From: Chitinophagaceae bacterium | GTDB lineage: Bacteria > Bacteroidota > Bacteroidia > Chitinophagales > Chitinophagaceae | Assembly: GCA_947463105.1 (NCBI GenBank) | Contig: CANHSD010000001.1 | Location: 1-34,273, forward strand | Direction: 5' to 3' | DNA length: 34,273 nt | Shown here: in pieces, positions 10,281 through 19,700 of the stretch | Layout: each line of letters starts with the position of its first letter | Position numbering within the stretch: position 1 is the stretch's first letter | Program-made: the position numbers and the translations under genes | Notes under the pieces: generated by a model | What the model saw: only the letters and a program-made list of their open reading frames with translations | What the model was told of the DNA's origin: nothing | The model's database searches: none

Positions 10281-11064
10281 ATTTCAGGTCGCTCAACCAA
10301 CTGAGAAAAGCAGGCATGGCCCTGCCCCAGGTTGTAATATCATGTCGGCCATCCGCGATTTCGAGGTACTCGATGTCTGTTCCTTTTTTGTATCCGATGT
10401 CTTCGAGTTCTTCAATGATTCCCAGGGTATCATCAATGGAATCGATGATCCCATTTTTGTTCCTGTCCTCCTTTTCATCCAAGGCGCCCACCTGTAAAAA
10501 AAACTTCCTGTTTTCATGATAGGCAGCCTTCCTGACCTTGGCGTGCATGATCCTGTCGCGCTCTTCCACATAGCCATCTTCCAAAGATTTGGATCGCCAC
10601 CAGAAGGATCCGCTGAAAACGCCAACAGCACTGAAGTCCAGCGGATGATCAATGGCCATATCAAAAGCCATCAGTCCACCCAGGGAAAACCCAGCCAGGT
10701 ATTTTTTATCGAACTGGCCTGCATTTGTTTTTTGGTGAAGCAGGGGCATCAACTCTTTTAATATGAATGATGCGTAAGCTCCGGCACTTGCTCCCCTTTG
10801 CATAAAATCTGGAAAGCCCGCAACACCATACTCCTGTTTCCTTTCAGGACCAGCATGTATCCCAACGCAAATCAGCCTGCAGAATGAATGGACATGCTTT
10901 TCAAGCACACTAGCAAAGCCCATTGATGGGAGATCTTGGCCATCGTTGATGAGCAACAGTGCTACAGGCGATGAAGGGCAAGCGGCTTTTTTTTCATAGA
11001 CATCAACCTTTACTTGCCTGGAAAGAAAACTGGATTGAACCTGGAAACTAGAAACATCGCCCAT
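10279..11064 (-). CDS. Alpha/beta hydrolase, Fes/putative esterase family
   Basis: LINDGQD, nucleophile elbow GFSLGG, FSGSFWW, catalytic His in GRHDITTW. Confidence 0.85.
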   Translation of the reverse strand: MGDVSSFQVQSSFLSRQVKVDVYEKKAACPSSPVALLLINDGQDLPSMGFASVLEKHVHSFCRLICVGIHAGPERKQEYGVAGFPDFMQRGASAGAYASFILKELMPLLHQKTNAGQFDKKYLAGFSLGGLMAFDMAIDHPLDFSAVGVFSGSFWWRSKSLEDGYVEERDRIMHAKVRKAAYHENRKFFLQVGALDEKEDRNKNGIIDSIDDTLGIIEELEDIGYKKGTDIEYLEIADGRHDITTWGRAMPAFLSWLSDLK

Positions 11065-11092
11065 CGTATGCTTTTACTGCTTTGAGTGGCGA

Positions 11093-11100
11093 CAAAAATA
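11093..11100 (-). promoter_or_regulatory. -7 promoter box for the esterase (TATTTTTG)
   Basis: Exact TAnnTTTG on the minus strand, 28 nt upstream of ATG 11064. Confidence 0.6.
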
Positions 11101-11183
11101 GGAAAAGGAATCTAGTATTGGGTTGAAGTACAAACGGAGCTGCATAAATAAAAATCATTAACTTAGGTCAACAAGTAAACAAC

Positions 11184-12143
11184 ATGGCGAAAATAATTGG
11201 TGTCCTGCATGGCAAGGAAAGATCTTTCCCAGAAGCATTGATCACAAGGATCAATGAAAAGAATATCAAAGGCATTTCAGCAGCACAGGTAAAAATTGAC
11301 AAGGTCATCCAGGGCGACCCTTCAGGGTATGCTGTAATCATTGACAGGATATCCCAGGATGTTCCGTTTTACAGGGCATTCCTCAAAAATGCTGCCATCT
11401 CTGGTACGGCTGTCATCAACAATCCTTTCTGGTGGAGCGCCGATGAAAAGTTTTTCAACAATGCCTTGGCCACCAAAATTGGTGTGCCGGTCCCAAAAAC
11501 AGTTATCCTTCCTTCAAGGGAACTCCCAGACGATACCTCAGCGGAGTCATTTTCCAACCTGGCCTATCCACTGGATTGGAAGGGTATCTTTGATTATGTT
11601 GGGTTTCCAGCATACATGAAACCTTTTGCGGGGGGTGGCTGGAAAAATGTTTACCGACTGAACGACATGAATGAGTTTTTTGAAAGACATGCTGAAACCG
11701 GCCAACTGGTCATGCTCTTGCAGGAAGAGATTGTGTTTGAGGAATATTACCGTTGTTATTGCATCGGCAGAAAGCATGTCCGCATCATGCCATACGAACC
11801 ACGCAACCCCCATCATCTGCGGTATGTTGCCAACTTCAAACCCTCAGCCAAAATGCTGAAGACCATGGAAGATATTGTGTTGAACATCAACAATCATCTT
11901 GGTTATGATTTCAACACTGTTGAATTGGCCATCCGGGATGGCATTCCATACGCGATTGATTTTTGCAACCCTGCCCCAGATGCTGACCTGAAAAGTGTTG
12001 GTCAAGAAAATTTTGACTGGGTTGTTGAGACTTCGGCCAATTATGCGATTGAAGTTGCAGAAAACCTGAAAGAAGGAGCAAACAACCTCGCATGGGGAGA
12101 GTATATCAAAAAAAGCGCAACAGGCAAACCGCTAACCAAATAA
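11184..12143 (+). CDS. ATP-grasp amide ligase (RimK/glutathione synthetase-like)
   Basis: VINNPF...DEKF, VPKTV, FPAYMKPFAGGGWKNV, LLQEEI, AIDFCNPAPD ATP-grasp motifs. Confidence 0.82.
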   Translation: MAKIIGVLHGKERSFPEALITRINEKNIKGISAAQVKIDKVIQGDPSGYAVIIDRISQDVPFYRAFLKNAAISGTAVINNPFWWSADEKFFNNALATKIGVPVPKTVILPSRELPDDTSAESFSNLAYPLDWKGIFDYVGFPAYMKPFAGGGWKNVYRLNDMNEFFERHAETGQLVMLLQEEIVFEEYYRCYCIGRKHVRIMPYEPRNPHHLRYVANFKPSAKMLKTMEDIVLNINNHLGYDFNTVELAIRDGIPYAIDFCNPAPDADLKSVGQENFDWVVETSANYAIEVAENLKEGANNLAWGEYIKKSATGKPLTK

Positions 12144-12156
12144 ACCACCATTCAAG

Positions 12157-13263
12157 ATGATCAACTATAAACAATTTACGGTCGGCATCGAGGAAGAATA
12201 CATGGTCATTGACCCTTCAACCAAAGCGCTGATCAGCCATGAGCAGAAAATAGTTGCTGAAGGTCAAAAAATCATCAGCGAAAAAGTAAAGGCAGAAATG
12301 CACCAGGCGGTGGTAGAAGTGGGCACTGATGTTTGCGACAACATTGAAGATGCCAGGCATGATATCTACAACCTTAGAAAAACAATCCATGGCATCGCTG
12401 AATCGCTGGGATTCAGTGTTGGTGCGGCAGGAACACACCCTTTCAGCACCTGGCGCCAACAGCTGATCACAGACCATATCCGGTACCAGGAAATTGTCAA
12501 TGAGATGCAGGATGCCGCAAGATCCAACCTGATCTTTGGACTGCATGTCCATGTTGGCATGCCCTCCAAGGAAATGGCCATTCACATTGCCAACTCTGCA
12601 AGGTACTTCCTACCCCATGTGTTTGCCCTTAGCGCCAACTCCCCCTTTTGGGAAGGGCGGGTAACTGGGTTTAAATCATATAGAACCAAGGTTTTCGATA
12701 AGTTTCCAAGAACAGGAATACCAGATTATTTTGACAGTTACAGCGCTTACGAGAATTATGTGAACCTGCTCATCAAAACCAACTGCATCGATAATGCCAA
12801 AAAAATCTGGTGGGATCTTCGGGTGCATCCATTTTATGGTACAGTTGAATTCAGGGTATGCGATGTACCCCTTACCGTTGATGAAACGGTGGGCTTTGCA
12901 GCCTTGTTCCAGTGCATTTGTGCCAAGCTGTTCAAACTCAGGGAAGCCAACCTGAACTTCATGATTTATCCCAGGGCCCTGGTGAATGAAAACAAGTGGC
13001 GCGCGTCCCGCTACGGGATTGATGACAAGCTGATCGACTTTGGAAAAGAGCAGGAGGTGAATACCAGGGCTTTGATCCTTGAACTCCTTGATTTTATTGA
13101 TGATGTGGTGGATGAACTGGGCTGCAGGGAAGCCCTTAAAAGCATCACCACCATTTTAGAAAAAGGGACCGGAGCAGACAGACAACTGGAAATCTACAAA
13201 CAAACCAAGAGTTTTCCAGCGGTTGCTGCTTATATCGAATCCAAGTTTCTTGGCAGCCTTTGA
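12157..13263 (+). CDS. ybdK: Carboxylate-amine ligase, YbdK/GCS2 (glutamate--cysteine ligase 2) family
   Basis: FTVGIEEEY, AAGTHPF, FGLHVHVG, ALSANSPFWEG, WWDLRVHPFYGTVEFRVCD, ENKWRASRYG. Confidence 0.92.
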   Translation: MINYKQFTVGIEEEYMVIDPSTKALISHEQKIVAEGQKIISEKVKAEMHQAVVEVGTDVCDNIEDARHDIYNLRKTIHGIAESLGFSVGAAGTHPFSTWRQQLITDHIRYQEIVNEMQDAARSNLIFGLHVHVGMPSKEMAIHIANSARYFLPHVFALSANSPFWEGRVTGFKSYRTKVFDKFPRTGIPDYFDSYSAYENYVNLLIKTNCIDNAKKIWWDLRVHPFYGTVEFRVCDVPLTVDETVGFAALFQCICAKLFKLREANLNFMIYPRALVNENKWRASRYGIDDKLIDFGKEQEVNTRALILELLDFIDDVVDELGCREALKSITTILEKGTGADRQLEIYKQTKSFPAVAAYIESKFLGSL

Positions 13264-13265
13264 TG

Positions 13266-13273
13266 TACCTTTG
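13266..13273 (+). promoter_or_regulatory. Internal -7 promoter box before the GATase gene (TACCTTTG)
   Basis: Exact TAnnTTTG in the 18-bp gap between ybdK and the GATase gene. Confidence 0.5.
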
Positions 13274-13281
13274 TAGGCGAA

Positions 13282-14106
13282 ATGAAGAAGATCAGGATTG
13301 CCATACTGGACCTCTATGATGGTCAACAAAATGAGGGGATGCGGTGCATCAGGGAAATGTTGGTGAGCATGAATACTGCACATCATCAGTCGCTTGAATG
13401 GAAGGAATTTGAAGTGCGCAACAAAGCGGAATTACCTTCATTGGAATTCGATATTTATCTTTCCACCGGTGGGCCCGGAAGTCCTTTGGAAAGTGAGGGA
13501 ACGGCTTGGGACAATGCCTATTTCAAATGGCTCTCAGACTTGGTTGCATGGAACAATGCAGCCAACAACATCAACAAAAAATACGCTTTTTTCATCTGCC
13601 ACTCTTACCAGCTGGCCTGCCGCTATTTTGAATTGGGACATGTAACCAAACGCAAGTCTACTGCATTTGGCGTCTTCCCCATGCACAGGATGGATGCAGG
13701 TCTGGATGAACCTGTTTTCAATGGACTCAACGATCCTATATATGGTGTTGACAGCCGCGACTTTCAGGTAGTCCAGCCCCAACTGGACAGGATGAGGGAA
13801 TTGGGAGCGAAAATGCTTTGCATTGAAAAAGAGCGGCCCCATATTGACCTGGAAAGAGCCGTCATGGCCATCCGGTTCAATGCCTATATGGTAGGAACAC
13901 AGTTTCATCCAGAGGCCGATGCCCAGGGAATGAGCATGTATCTGAAGCGGGAAGACAAGAAAAAAACCGTGATCGAAAACCATGGACAGGAAAAATGGGA
14001 GTCCATGATTGAGCAACTCAATGATCCTGAAAAAATCAGCATGACCAACAGCCATGTCTTGCCCAATTTTATTGTGCAGGCCATTGCCAAGATCAACAAC
14101 CCTTAA
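13282..14106 (+). CDS. Class I glutamine amidotransferase-like protein (possible gamma-glutamyl hydrolase)
   Basis: TGGPGSP oxyanion loop, ICHSYQ nucleophile Cys, QFHPE His-Glu; triad intact. Confidence 0.85.
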   Translation: MKKIRIAILDLYDGQQNEGMRCIREMLVSMNTAHHQSLEWKEFEVRNKAELPSLEFDIYLSTGGPGSPLESEGTAWDNAYFKWLSDLVAWNNAANNINKKYAFFICHSYQLACRYFELGHVTKRKSTAFGVFPMHRMDAGLDEPVFNGLNDPIYGVDSRDFQVVQPQLDRMRELGAKMLCIEKERPHIDLERAVMAIRFNAYMVGTQFHPEADAQGMSMYLKREDKKKTVIENHGQEKWESMIEQLNDPEKISMTNSHVLPNFIVQAIAKINNP

Positions 14107-14128
14107 AGCCTTTCATAAAACACAGGAG

Positions 14129-15322
14129 ATGATCCAAACGATCAGGGAACAATTCAATGCATCATTCAGTCAGGAGAAATATGAAAATTTCCTCAAGGAC
14201 CTGAACAGTGCTTACCCTGGTGCCATTGATTTTCGGGTTGCAGAGACCCCTGTATTCATTGACCGAAAGCTTGGGCAGGAAATGATCCAAACCTGTGAAT
14301 CGATCATCGATTTCATTATCCATCCTGACTTCAATACACTTACCCAAAGGGCCATCCCTGCTGATGAGATGGTTCAGGCGCAAAACAACATATCCCATTT
14401 TATTGCATTCGATTTCGGGATCTGCGAAAACGAAACAGGTGGTTTTTTTCCTGCCCTCATCGAAATGCAGGGCTTCCCCACCCTGTTTGGCATGCAGGCC
14501 TATTATCCGGAGGTATTGGAGAGGCATTTCAAGATTCCTGATGGATTTTCCCACTACTTCAATGGATTGAACAAATTAAGTTATATAGCGCTTCTCAAAC
14601 GTGTAATCCTTGGAGAACACAAGCCAGAAGAAGTAATTCTGCTTGAAATAAAACCGCATCAACAAAAAACAAGGATTGATTTTTATTGCACAGAAGAGTA
14701 CCTGGGCATTGCGCCGGTTTGCATCACTGCATTAACAAAAGAAGGAAGAGAATTGTACTATGACAACAATGGCGTAAAAACAAGGATCAAAAGAATCTAT
14801 AACAGGATCATTGCGGATGAATTGAATGCTGTAAAGGATTCCCTTGGGCCAATTGTGGACCTGAGGGCAGACCTTGATGTGGAGTGGGTGCCCCACCCCA
14901 ACTGGTTTTACAGGATTTCAAAATTCACCCTGCCTTTTCTTCATCACCCATTCATTCCGGAAACTTTTTTCCTCAATGAAGTGAAAAGCATCCCGGAAGA
15001 CCTGCACAATTATGTACTGAAACCCTTGTTTTCATTTGCCGGGCAAGGTGTGGTGATTGATGTAAACAAAGAAGACATTGAGGCCATCCAGCAACCTGAG
15101 CACTGGATTCTGCAACGCAAGGTCAAGTACGCTTCCTGCATCCAAACACCCAATGAACCTGCAAAAGCAGAAATCAGGCTGATGTATGTCTGGGAAGAAG
15201 GAAAAGAAAGACCCACCCTGGCCACTAACCTGGCAAGGCTCAGCAAAGGGAAAATGATTGGCGTAAGGTACAACAAGGACAAAGACTGGGTTGGAGGTTC
15301 TGTAGCCTATTTTGAACAATAA
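14129..15322 (+). CDS. Circularly permuted ATP-grasp-like ligase (glutathionylspermidine synthase-like)
   Basis: FDF...LIEMQ metal-binding segment placed N-terminally, IKRIYNR, HPNWFYRISK, YVLKPLFSFAGQGV, WILQRKV; start set to ATG 14129. Confidence 0.65.
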   Translation: MIQTIREQFNASFSQEKYENFLKDLNSAYPGAIDFRVAETPVFIDRKLGQEMIQTCESIIDFIIHPDFNTLTQRAIPADEMVQAQNNISHFIAFDFGICENETGGFFPALIEMQGFPTLFGMQAYYPEVLERHFKIPDGFSHYFNGLNKLSYIALLKRVILGEHKPEEVILLEIKPHQQKTRIDFYCTEEYLGIAPVCITALTKEGRELYYDNNGVKTRIKRIYNRIIADELNAVKDSLGPIVDLRADLDVEWVPHPNWFYRISKFTLPFLHHPFIPETFFLNEVKSIPEDLHNYVLKPLFSFAGQGVVIDVNKEDIEAIQQPEHWILQRKVKYASCIQTPNEPAKAEIRLMYVWEEGKERPTLATNLARLSKGKMIGVRYNKDKDWVGGSVAYFEQ

Positions 15323-15332
15323 ACATCATCGC

Positions 15333-15650
15333 ATGCCACATCTCAATGAAGTAAACAAGAAATTATTGACAGAAGGAATCATGGGCCAATACGTGCATGG
15401 AGAAAGCACCACCTTAGGATGGGTGACCATCCAGGCAGGCAGCAAACTGCCTGCCCACCATCATCCCCATGAACAAATAACCCTGATGCTCGAAGGGAAA
15501 ATGGAAATGCAAATCGGAGATGAAACGGTTATGCTTGAGCCAGGTGTGGTGAAGGTCATTCCCTCTAATACACCCCACTCAGCCATCGCACATACCGATT
15601 GTATACTGATTGATGTATTCAGTCCTGTAAGGGAAGACTACCGCGACTAG
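15333..15650 (+). CDS. Cupin domain protein
   Basis: PAHHHPHEQ...LEG and IPSNTPHSA cupin motifs, DVFSPVREDY; ATG 15333 preferred. Confidence 0.88.
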   Translation: MPHLNEVNKKLLTEGIMGQYVHGESTTLGWVTIQAGSKLPAHHHPHEQITLMLEGKMEMQIGDETVMLEPGVVKVIPSNTPHSAIAHTDCILIDVFSPVREDYRD

Positions 15651-15652
15651 GA

Positions 15653-16789
15653 TTACTCTTCCCCGCTGTTTTTAAGAATCCCCATCAATTTGTAGGCATT
15701 GTTCAACACTATGGATCCGGCAGGAATTCCCTCATTGCCACTGATCAATGCTGTTTTTCCATCTTTGGAGAGTCCGGTAACGACTGCTTTCATTTCAACC
15801 ACATTCTCGGATTTCCTGACAAAAATATATTGCTTGTTGCCCAGTCTTACCACAGCCTCATCAGGAACGGCATCCACCATCTTGCTGCTTACAGACAACT
15901 CACCCTCCACAAACATACCCGGCAATAGGTTTTTGGGATGAACCTTAAAATGACAATGGGCAGTGGCGGTTCGGTCATCATCAAGGCCCTTGTTGACCAG
16001 AATCACCTCTGCAGCATAAGTCTTTTCCGGTTCATCCATGAAATGAATACTGACCTGGTTTCCTTTCTGCACATAAGGAAGATCCTTTTCAAAAAGGGTG
16101 AGTGCCACATGAATGTCTTCCGGATCAATCAACTCAAACATGGTTTCAGTGGGCTGAACATATTTACCTGTATTTACATTCACCTTAGACACATACCCAT
16201 TGATGGTTGACCGAACAGATGCCTGCCCAGAAATGTTGGATTCATTCAACGCGTTTACATCAATGCCAATCAACTTCAGTTTTTCCTGCAAAGACCTGAC
16301 CGCAACAGCCTGTAGCTTTTGCTCTGCCTGGGCCTGCTGCATGGCCCTTGAAGTTCCTGCACGGGCCTCCACAAGGGCCTTTTGCCTTTCCAGTTCAAGT
16401 CCTGCCAATTCAAGCCGTGCAGCAGCGGAAAGATAGTCCTGCTGCAGCTGAACAATGGCCTGGTCCTCCATGATGGCAATCTCCTCCCCTTTTGATACGT
16501 GCATGCCAGGAATGAGTTTTGTACTCCTCAGGTATCCTCCCAATGGAAAGTTGACAGAGATGAGGTTTTGTGGTGGAAGGTCTATTTTACCTTGCACCGT
16601 AATGATGCTGCTCATGCTGGTTTTAACAGGATCTCCATATTGAAGACCAAGCGCCTTCAATTGATTTTGGGTAAGGTTGATTTCATTGGTTTCTTCAACA
16701 GCTGCTTCTTCGGCAGGTGCGGTTTTACTTCCTGAACAACTTTGAATGAACAAGCAAACGAGGATGAATAAATACATTGAATATCTCAT
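15653..16789 (-). CDS. czcB: RND efflux periplasmic adaptor (CzcB/CusB-like), lipoprotein
   Basis: Lipobox-like FIQSC; coiled-coil hairpin; VRSTINGYV, LLPGMFV, VPDEAVV membrane-fusion-protein motifs; 3 nt downstream of czcA. Confidence 0.88.
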   Translation of the reverse strand: MRYSMYLFILVCLFIQSCSGSKTAPAEEAAVEETNEINLTQNQLKALGLQYGDPVKTSMSSIITVQGKIDLPPQNLISVNFPLGGYLRSTKLIPGMHVSKGEEIAIMEDQAIVQLQQDYLSAAARLELAGLELERQKALVEARAGTSRAMQQAQAEQKLQAVAVRSLQEKLKLIGIDVNALNESNISGQASVRSTINGYVSKVNVNTGKYVQPTETMFELIDPEDIHVALTLFEKDLPYVQKGNQVSIHFMDEPEKTYAAEVILVNKGLDDDRTATAHCHFKVHPKNLLPGMFVEGELSVSSKMVDAVPDEAVVRLGNKQYIFVRKSENVVEMKAVVTGLSKDGKTALISGNEGIPAGSIVLNNAYKLMGILKNSGEE

Positions 16790-16792
16790 GAA

Positions 16793-19700
16793 TTATTTTT
16801 TTTCTGTTAGAAATTGAAACGCTGCAGATGCCATTTGCAATTGATGAATGGTCTCAGCGTGAGCAATCAACACTTGTAAATGCTGCGACTGCAAGAGGCT
16901 GTATTCTGAATAAGATATATCGCCCAAATCCAGCCTTTTCCTGGCCTGGCTCCAGTTATCCGCCGACAACCGCAATCCCTCTGAAACATAGTATTCATGG
17001 GCCTCTTTGGCTGTATTGAAACGTGAAACCACATCAGCCAATCTTCTGTTCAGGTTTTCAAGCTGCTGTTGCTTTTGTATGGCAGCAATCTCTTCTTTGA
17101 TTTTGGCGGCATTGATTTTGGCCTTGGCAGCACCATTGAAAACAGGAATGGAAACCCCTGCCTGAACAATGCCAAAGCGATAGGAAGGTGCATAATACTT
17201 TTGCGAAATCCCGTCTGGTGTTTGCCATCCTGTAATAGAAAGATTGCTGTAGCCCAGGTTGAAATCGGGGGCAAGCCTGTTCTTCTCCAGGGCTGTTTGT
17301 GCAACCTGTTCCTTGACCGCTGCCTCTGCCATTTGGATAGAAGGATGATTTTCAAATGAGGCAATGAGTGCAGGGATATTTTTATCGACCACATTTTCTA
17401 ATGATGGTGTAAAGTTGTTACCCGACATGATCATCCCATTCAACTCCTGTATCAATGCATACCGGTCTGCTTCCAACTGTTTTTTCTGGAAGAGGTACTG
17501 CTTTGTTTGCAACGCAATGGCATTCAAGGCTGCTCCATTGATGTCACCTGCTTTTTGCTGTGCCTCTGCTTTTTTCTGCCACTCAGAAAAAACCCTTAAA
17601 AACCGGTATAAAATTTCATCCCTTCTATCAAGATCCATGATCCTGTAACAGAGTTGCCTGATGGCATGATGAAGCTCCGCCTGCTCAAGATATTTCTTCG
17701 CCTCCTGCAGACCTTCTGTCTTCTGGTATGCTTCTTTTTGTCTTGCATAGACCTTGGGCAATTGGAACTGCTGGTTCAGAAAAAACCGGGTATCATTGGA
17801 GGCGCTGTTGATGTTACCATATTCAGCACCAAAAGAAGTCTTGGGAATCTCTGCTGATTTTTTCTTTAGCCCTGCATAATATTCTACCTGTTTTTGAGCC
17901 ATTTTGAGGGTTAATGCATTCCTGTCTGCCATGGCGATGATGGAGTCAAGTGGCAATGAAGCTGCAGGCCTGGTATTGGGAACATGCCCACTCAATGGCG
18001 ACTCCATTGTCTGGCTGCTTGCAACAAGGGAAAAGAATCCCAGCAGCAGGGTAAGTGCCGGTGCCTTGATAGAACCTTTTCTTTTTTCTACCCAAACATA
18101 GAGCACTGGTAACACAAATAAGGTAAGCAAGGTGGCTGAAATCAATCCACCAATCACCACCGTAGCCAGTGGGCGCTGCACCTCAGCGCCAGAGCTTGTG
18201 CTCAATGCCATGGGCAGAAATCCCAGCGAAGCAACAGCAGCAGTCATCAATACAGGCCTTAGCCTGGTAGCGGTGCCTTTCAACACAAGATCCTTCATGT
18301 TCATTTGGGTTTCATTCTTCAGTCTGTTGAATTCATTGATCAATACAATTCCGTTCAAAACCGCCACGCCAAAAAGCGCGATGAACCCTACCCCAGCTGA
18401 GATACTGAATGGCATGTCGCGCATCCACAACAATAAAATGCCTCCAATGGCAGAAAGCGGAATGGCTGTGTAAATCAACAACCCGTATCTCAGTGAGCCA
18501 AAAGAAAAATACAGGATCAACAGGATCAACAACAAGGCAATAGGTACAGCAATCATCAACCGATCTTTTGCCTCGACGAGGTTCTCAAATTGCCCACCAT
18601 ATTTCACATAATATCCAGCAGGCAATGCAATGGTTTTCTCTGCCTTGGATTGAACCTCCTCAACAACAGATTGAACATCCCTGTCCCTGACATTGAAAGC
18701 CACTGTAATTCTTCGCTTGGCATCCTCCCGCTGAACCTGGTTGGGACCTTCCTGAATACCAATTTCCGCTACCTGTTCAAGGGGAACCGAAATCCCATCG
18801 GGATTGGTAATCATGAGGGTTTTGATGTCTGTCAGATCATTTCGCCTGTTTTCCTTCAAGCGCAAAACAAGGTCGAAGCGCCTTTCATTTTCATAGACCT
18901 GACCGGCAGATTCTCCTGCGAAAGAGGCCCTGAGCACCCTGTTGACATCCGCAATGCTCAAGCCATAAGCAGCGATGGCATTGGGTTTGTACTTGATGAC
19001 AATCTGGGGAAGGCCTGTTACCCTTTCAGTAAAAACATCCTTTGCTCCTTCCACCTTGTGAATGACCTCTTCGTATTGTGCGGCATAAAAAGCAAGGGTA
19101 TCCAGGTCTTCACCAAATATCTTGCAAACAACGTCTTGTTTCGCACCCGCGATCAATTCATTGAAACGCATCTGCACAGGGTACTGAAAACCACCAGTCA
19201 ATCCAGGTACCTTTCCAATGGCAACGCTCATCTTGTTCGCCAGTTCATCATAAGTGGATGCACTGGTCCATTCGTTTTTGGGTTTCAGGTTGACGATGAT
19301 ATCGGTCATTTCAATGGGCATGGGGTCAGTGGGAATTTCACTGGCGCCTATCCGGGTGACCACTTTTTGTACTTCAGGAAACTTTTTCAATTCATGAACG
19401 GCTTTGGTGGTGGCATCAACGGTTTCTCCCAATGAGCTCCCAGTCATCAACCTGGCATCAATGGCAAAATCACCCTCTTCCAATTCAGGAATGAATTCAC
19501 CACCCAAGGTTGAAGCAACATAAAATGAAAGAACCAAAAGAGCAACGGAAGCAGCCACCACTTTCCTCGGATGCTGCAGCAACCTGTCCAAGGCCCTTTG
19601 AAAACCATGTTGAAGCTTCAACATCATTCGATCAGAAATATTTTCCTTATGGTTGAGTTTTTTGCTCAACACAACACTTGTCATCATCGGCACATAGGTA

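Noticed and set aside
18590-19435. 281-aa ORF antisense to czcA, and the many other short overlapping ORFs in the track
   Set aside because: Shadow ORFs within conserved genes, with no motifs or promoter support.
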